Of a stretch of 64,000 nucleotides of DNA, positions 61,394 to 64,000 are shown one piece after another (the stretch's first letter is position 1; the number at the start of each line of letters is the position of its first letter). A program made the position numbers and the translations under genes. Below the pieces are notes generated by a model, which was not told the origin of the DNA, did not search any database, and was given only the letters and a program-made list of their open reading frames with translations. The DNA comes from an uncultured virus (IMG/VR IMGVR_UViG_3300022916_001241) (taxonomy: Duplodnaviria > Heunggongvirae > Uroviricota > Caudoviricetes). The stretch is taken from the IMG/VR virus record IMGVR_UViG_3300022916_001241. The stretch is one strand, 5' to 3'.

Positions 61394-62143
61394 TCATATA
61401 ACATTATTTTTTACAAAAAAATCAAAAATTCTAGCAAACGTTTCAAACATTTCATACTTAATGTGATACCCATCATCATCTATATCATCACACATAAAAT
61501 CATCACAAGAAAAATTAACACCATATTCAAGATTATACTTCCCTAGTTGCTCTTCAAAGTTAAAAAAATAAACATTTTTATTATTATCACAAAAACTTTC
61601 TAAAGTATCATTATACTTGTTTATACAATCACTAGCTAAAAAATGCCTATTTTGTTCATGCCAACTATGAGGTTTTAATATTGATATAAATACAAACTTA
61701 TTAACAAAACATTTGTTATTATCAACAAAAGAACTAATATTTTTAATATAATCATAAACAGTAACATAACAATTATGAGAACCACCGTTTTTATTATAAA
61801 TGTAATATAACAAATCATATCTATTGTCTCTCAAAAACTTCCTTATGTCATTACCGACAATATCAATAGAACAACTATAATTAATTAAATCATCATATGA
61901 AACATTCTTATCATAAATTCTTGGCGCAGCGTCAACAATACCAAGGTTAGACACACATAATTCAATTTTATCATATATAGACAAATCAACATCTAATAAA
62001 TATTTTGATGTCCTAGCGTCATTAGCATCAACAATTAAATCACAGTCGCCGCCCCAAAAATCACAAAAAGAAATCCAAGGAACTTCAACACCACGCTTCA
62101 ACAAAGAGTCCGAAATTATGGCTACATTACCACTTTCAATCAT
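61394..62143 (-). CDS. SGNH/GDSL hydrolase-like protein (esterase or acyltransferase)
   Basis: IISDSL (block I), LGIVD (block III-like) and DGYH (DxxH). Confidence 0.6.
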   Translation of the reverse strand: MIESGNVAIISDSLLKRGVEVPWISFCDFWGGDCDLIVDANDARTSKYLLDVDLSIYDKIELCVSNLGIVDAAPRIYDKNVSYDDLINYSCSIDIVGNDIRKFLRDNRYDLLYYIYNKNGGSHNCYVTVYDYIKNISSFVDNNKCFVNKFVFISILKPHSWHEQNRHFLASDCINKYNDTLESFCDNNKNVYFFNFEEQLGKYNLEYGVNFSCDDFMCDDIDDDGYHIKYEMFETFARIFDFFVKNNVI

Positions 62144-62160
62144 AAATCACAAAGCCTCCA

Positions 62161-63522
62161 TTAAATTAAATAATCTGAAATACTAACTGAGTTATTTCTA
62201 TTGCCAATATAATAATTCATATTTTCAACAAATTTATTTCTTTTATGTACAGCCACACCTAACTCACTATCACTCCATTCTGTAAGATTAACCCGTAGCT
62301 TATTAAATCCACCTTGAAGTGAAATTAAATATTTTTCTATATCATCAATATTATTATTTATTATACCATTGTTAACACAATAATCAAACAACCACGATCC
62401 AGGAAGAGGTGTTATGTTTGCAAATCCCATAGAAACACCATGCCTCCTAAAAATATCCTTCAAATCAAATAAAAAACTCAAAGTATCATTAAAAGATTTA
62501 TTATTCTCACCCAAAAAACCAAATATCAATTGTATGTTAGGTCTTATTCCAAATTTATCACACTTAACAATTGCATTATATATATTTTCTACATTAGCCC
62601 CTTTATTCATCTTTATTAAAATATCATCACTACAGCTTTCAACACCAAAAGTTATAGTAAAACAATTGTTACTTGAAGCAACAGCTAATATATCATCATT
62701 AACTAAATTGACCCTACCATTAGCATACCATTTACCATATTTGCCAACAGTCTCAGAAATATTAGTAGCACGATCAACACTAGACAATGCCAACTCATCA
62801 CAAATAGCCACATAATCAAAACCAAAAGAAGCATTTTTATTATAAAAATCTAATTCATCTTTAATAGAATCAATACTCCTCATTGTATACTTGTCAAACA
62901 TTCTAGAACAAAAATGACAATTATATGGACATCCACGACTAGTCATAATTGTATATATTCTATTTGATCTCATAATATTATTAATAAAAAAACCTTCATA
63001 ATCTGGAACCACATCGCAACTCTCTGGTTCCCAACAAGTAAGATCATTAACAACAATATTATCATCATCATCCAAATAAGCAACCCCATTTATATATTTT
63101 AAATCAAAAGAATCAACAAAATCAATTAAAAACCTTTCAGCATCTCTTAAAAAACAAATATCAATATTTGTCTTTAATAAAACAATATCATAATTAAACC
63201 TAGCTAAACATCCACCCAGAACTATTGAAACATTATCCAAACTTTCCTTTATTATAGACGACAACCACTTAACATATGCATATTGTGTTGACATAGCAGT
63301 GATACCAACAAAGTCGATACTTTTACCCTTAAAAAACTTAAGTCTATTAACAACATCATTATTACTCAAATTCTCTGAGTTTATATCTAAAACATAAACA
63401 CTATGACCATCATTCCTTAAAATTCTTTTCACAATAGCTAGCCCAACTGGAAATTGCGTAGAATGCCGATAATCAGCCGAATCAGATAAACATGTTTTAG
63501 GGTTAATTAATAAAATGTTCAT
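62161..63522 (-). CDS. Cobalamin-binding radical SAM protein (class B methyltransferase-like)
   Basis: N-terminal B12-binding domain (PVGLA...VGIT...VLGG), TSRGCPYNCHFC (CxxxCxxC), FGVES and TPLPGS. Confidence 0.92.
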   Translation of the reverse strand: MNILLINPKTCLSDSADYRHSTQFPVGLAIVKRILRNDGHSVYVLDINSENLSNNDVVNRLKFFKGKSIDFVGITAMSTQYAYVKWLSSIIKESLDNVSIVLGGCLARFNYDIVLLKTNIDICFLRDAERFLIDFVDSFDLKYINGVAYLDDDDNIVVNDLTCWEPESCDVVPDYEGFFINNIMRSNRIYTIMTSRGCPYNCHFCSRMFDKYTMRSIDSIKDELDFYNKNASFGFDYVAICDELALSSVDRATNISETVGKYGKWYANGRVNLVNDDILAVASSNNCFTITFGVESCSDDILIKMNKGANVENIYNAIVKCDKFGIRPNIQLIFGFLGENNKSFNDTLSFLFDLKDIFRRHGVSMGFANITPLPGSWLFDYCVNNGIINNNIDDIEKYLISLQGGFNKLRVNLTEWSDSELGVAVHKRNKFVENMNYYIGNRNNSVSISDYLI

Positions 63523-64000
63523 ATATTACACCAAAAATCCTTTGTGGGCAGTCGCCACACATTAAATCAAAATTAAGAAAATTATCTTTACAAAAGCTCA
63601 CAATATCGCTATTGTTATTTTTATAATGTTCTAAAAAGCTACAAATCTTTTTACCAAAACCAACACAGTCAATATTATCAGAAAAATTTATACACATATC
63701 ATCATTAATATAATTAGCCATATTACTACTATCATCAAAAAAAGGTAAAACAACATTGCCCATAAAAAATGACTCAAAAAAAGATGCTGACCTTGAATTA
63801 CACACAATACAATCAAACTTGTTAAAAACATCATATATATTATCAAAAACAACATGTGATTTAACAAAAAGAGACTTGCTACTAAAAATAGCACCAGAAT
63901 GATCATAAGGGTGAAAATTTAAAAATAAATTATATTTACTAGTAAAACTATCATCTTTAACAAAGCTATCAAACAAGTCAATAATATAATTATTCCAACT
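63503..64000 (-). CDS. Partial (5' truncated) putative GT-B HP-motif transferase
   Basis: Frame is open to the window end (SWNNYIIDLFD...). FLNFHPYD and SASFFES resemble 59467..60600. Confidence 0.5.
   Translation of the reverse strand, partial: SWNNYIIDLFDSFVKDDSFTSKYNLFLNFHPYDHSGAIFSSKSLFVKSHVVFDNIYDVFNKFDCIVCNSRSASFFESFFMGNVVLPFFDDSSNMANYINDDMCINFSDNIDCVGFGKKICSFLEHYKNNNSDIVSFCKDNFLNFDLMCGDCPQRIFGVIYEHFIN

Noticed and set aside
61171..61684. DGR template/variable repeat pair
   Set aside because: Mismatches flanking the 65-nt identity are mixed (C/T, T/G, G/A, A/G), not adenine-specific on one copy, and there is no reverse transcriptase in the window.
415..62815. All other plus-strand ORFs and short nested minus-strand ORFs in the track
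   Set aside because: They overlap longer, motif-bearing minus-strand genes, have no recognisable motifs, and show the Ile/Leu/Ser/Phe bias of antisense shadows.
1..64000. Stop-codon reassignment (code 15 or 4), as in some jumbo phages
   Set aside because: Core genes are full-length and densely packed under code 11. TAG (e.g. 656, 9810) and TGA (e.g. 14222, 15581) end genes at sensible boundaries.
1..64000. tRNA, rRNA, structured ncRNA or intrinsic terminators
   Set aside because: Intergenic gaps are about 115 nt or less and AT-rich, and no cloverleaf or GC-stem plus U-tract could be supported by eye.
49974..64000. Bacterial chromosomal LPS or capsule locus flanking a prophage
   Set aside because: No integrase, att site, flippase, polymerase or housekeeping genes were seen. 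Orientation, skew and tight spacing continue seamlessly into the phage sigma factor and baseplate genes.

Overview
This window is a 64-kb segment of an AT-rich, T4-like (contractile-tailed) jumbo phage genome. It is tightly packed, every credible gene is on the minus strand, and the standard genetic code fits. In transcription order (right to left) it holds: (1) a glycan biosynthesis and modification cluster of at least 14 kb, with five GT4/GT-B glycosyltransferases, a GT-A-like gene, two HP-motif GT-B-like genes, a UDP-sugar dehydrogenase, a deacetylase, an acetyltransferase, SGNH esterase-like genes, two SAM methyltransferases and a B12 radical SAM enzyme; (2) a gp55-like late sigma factor; (3) baseplate and tail genes (gp5-, gp25- and gp6-like, LamG, FN3 and DNRLRE-like proteins); (4) RuvC, primase and a fused SbcD-SbcC (gp47-gp46); (5) a PD-(D/E)XK-like nuclease and Hsp20; (6) terminase and portal; (7) a block of small proteins with [LI]-x-E leaders around the prohead protease; (8) tail-fibre-like genes. 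The strongest signal is that a subset of predicted outer virion proteins is rich in a short [S/T]-[G/A/S]-[S/T] motif that is nearly absent from enzymes and inner structural proteins. This suggests a sequon for the adjacent phage glycosylation cluster. Second, there appears to be a family of capsid-targeted proteins, including a paralog pair with a shared N-terminal domain and different C-terminal modules. No rRNA, tRNA, CRISPR array or reverse transcriptase was seen. All product calls come from motif recognition by eye, with no database searches, and all counts are hand counts.
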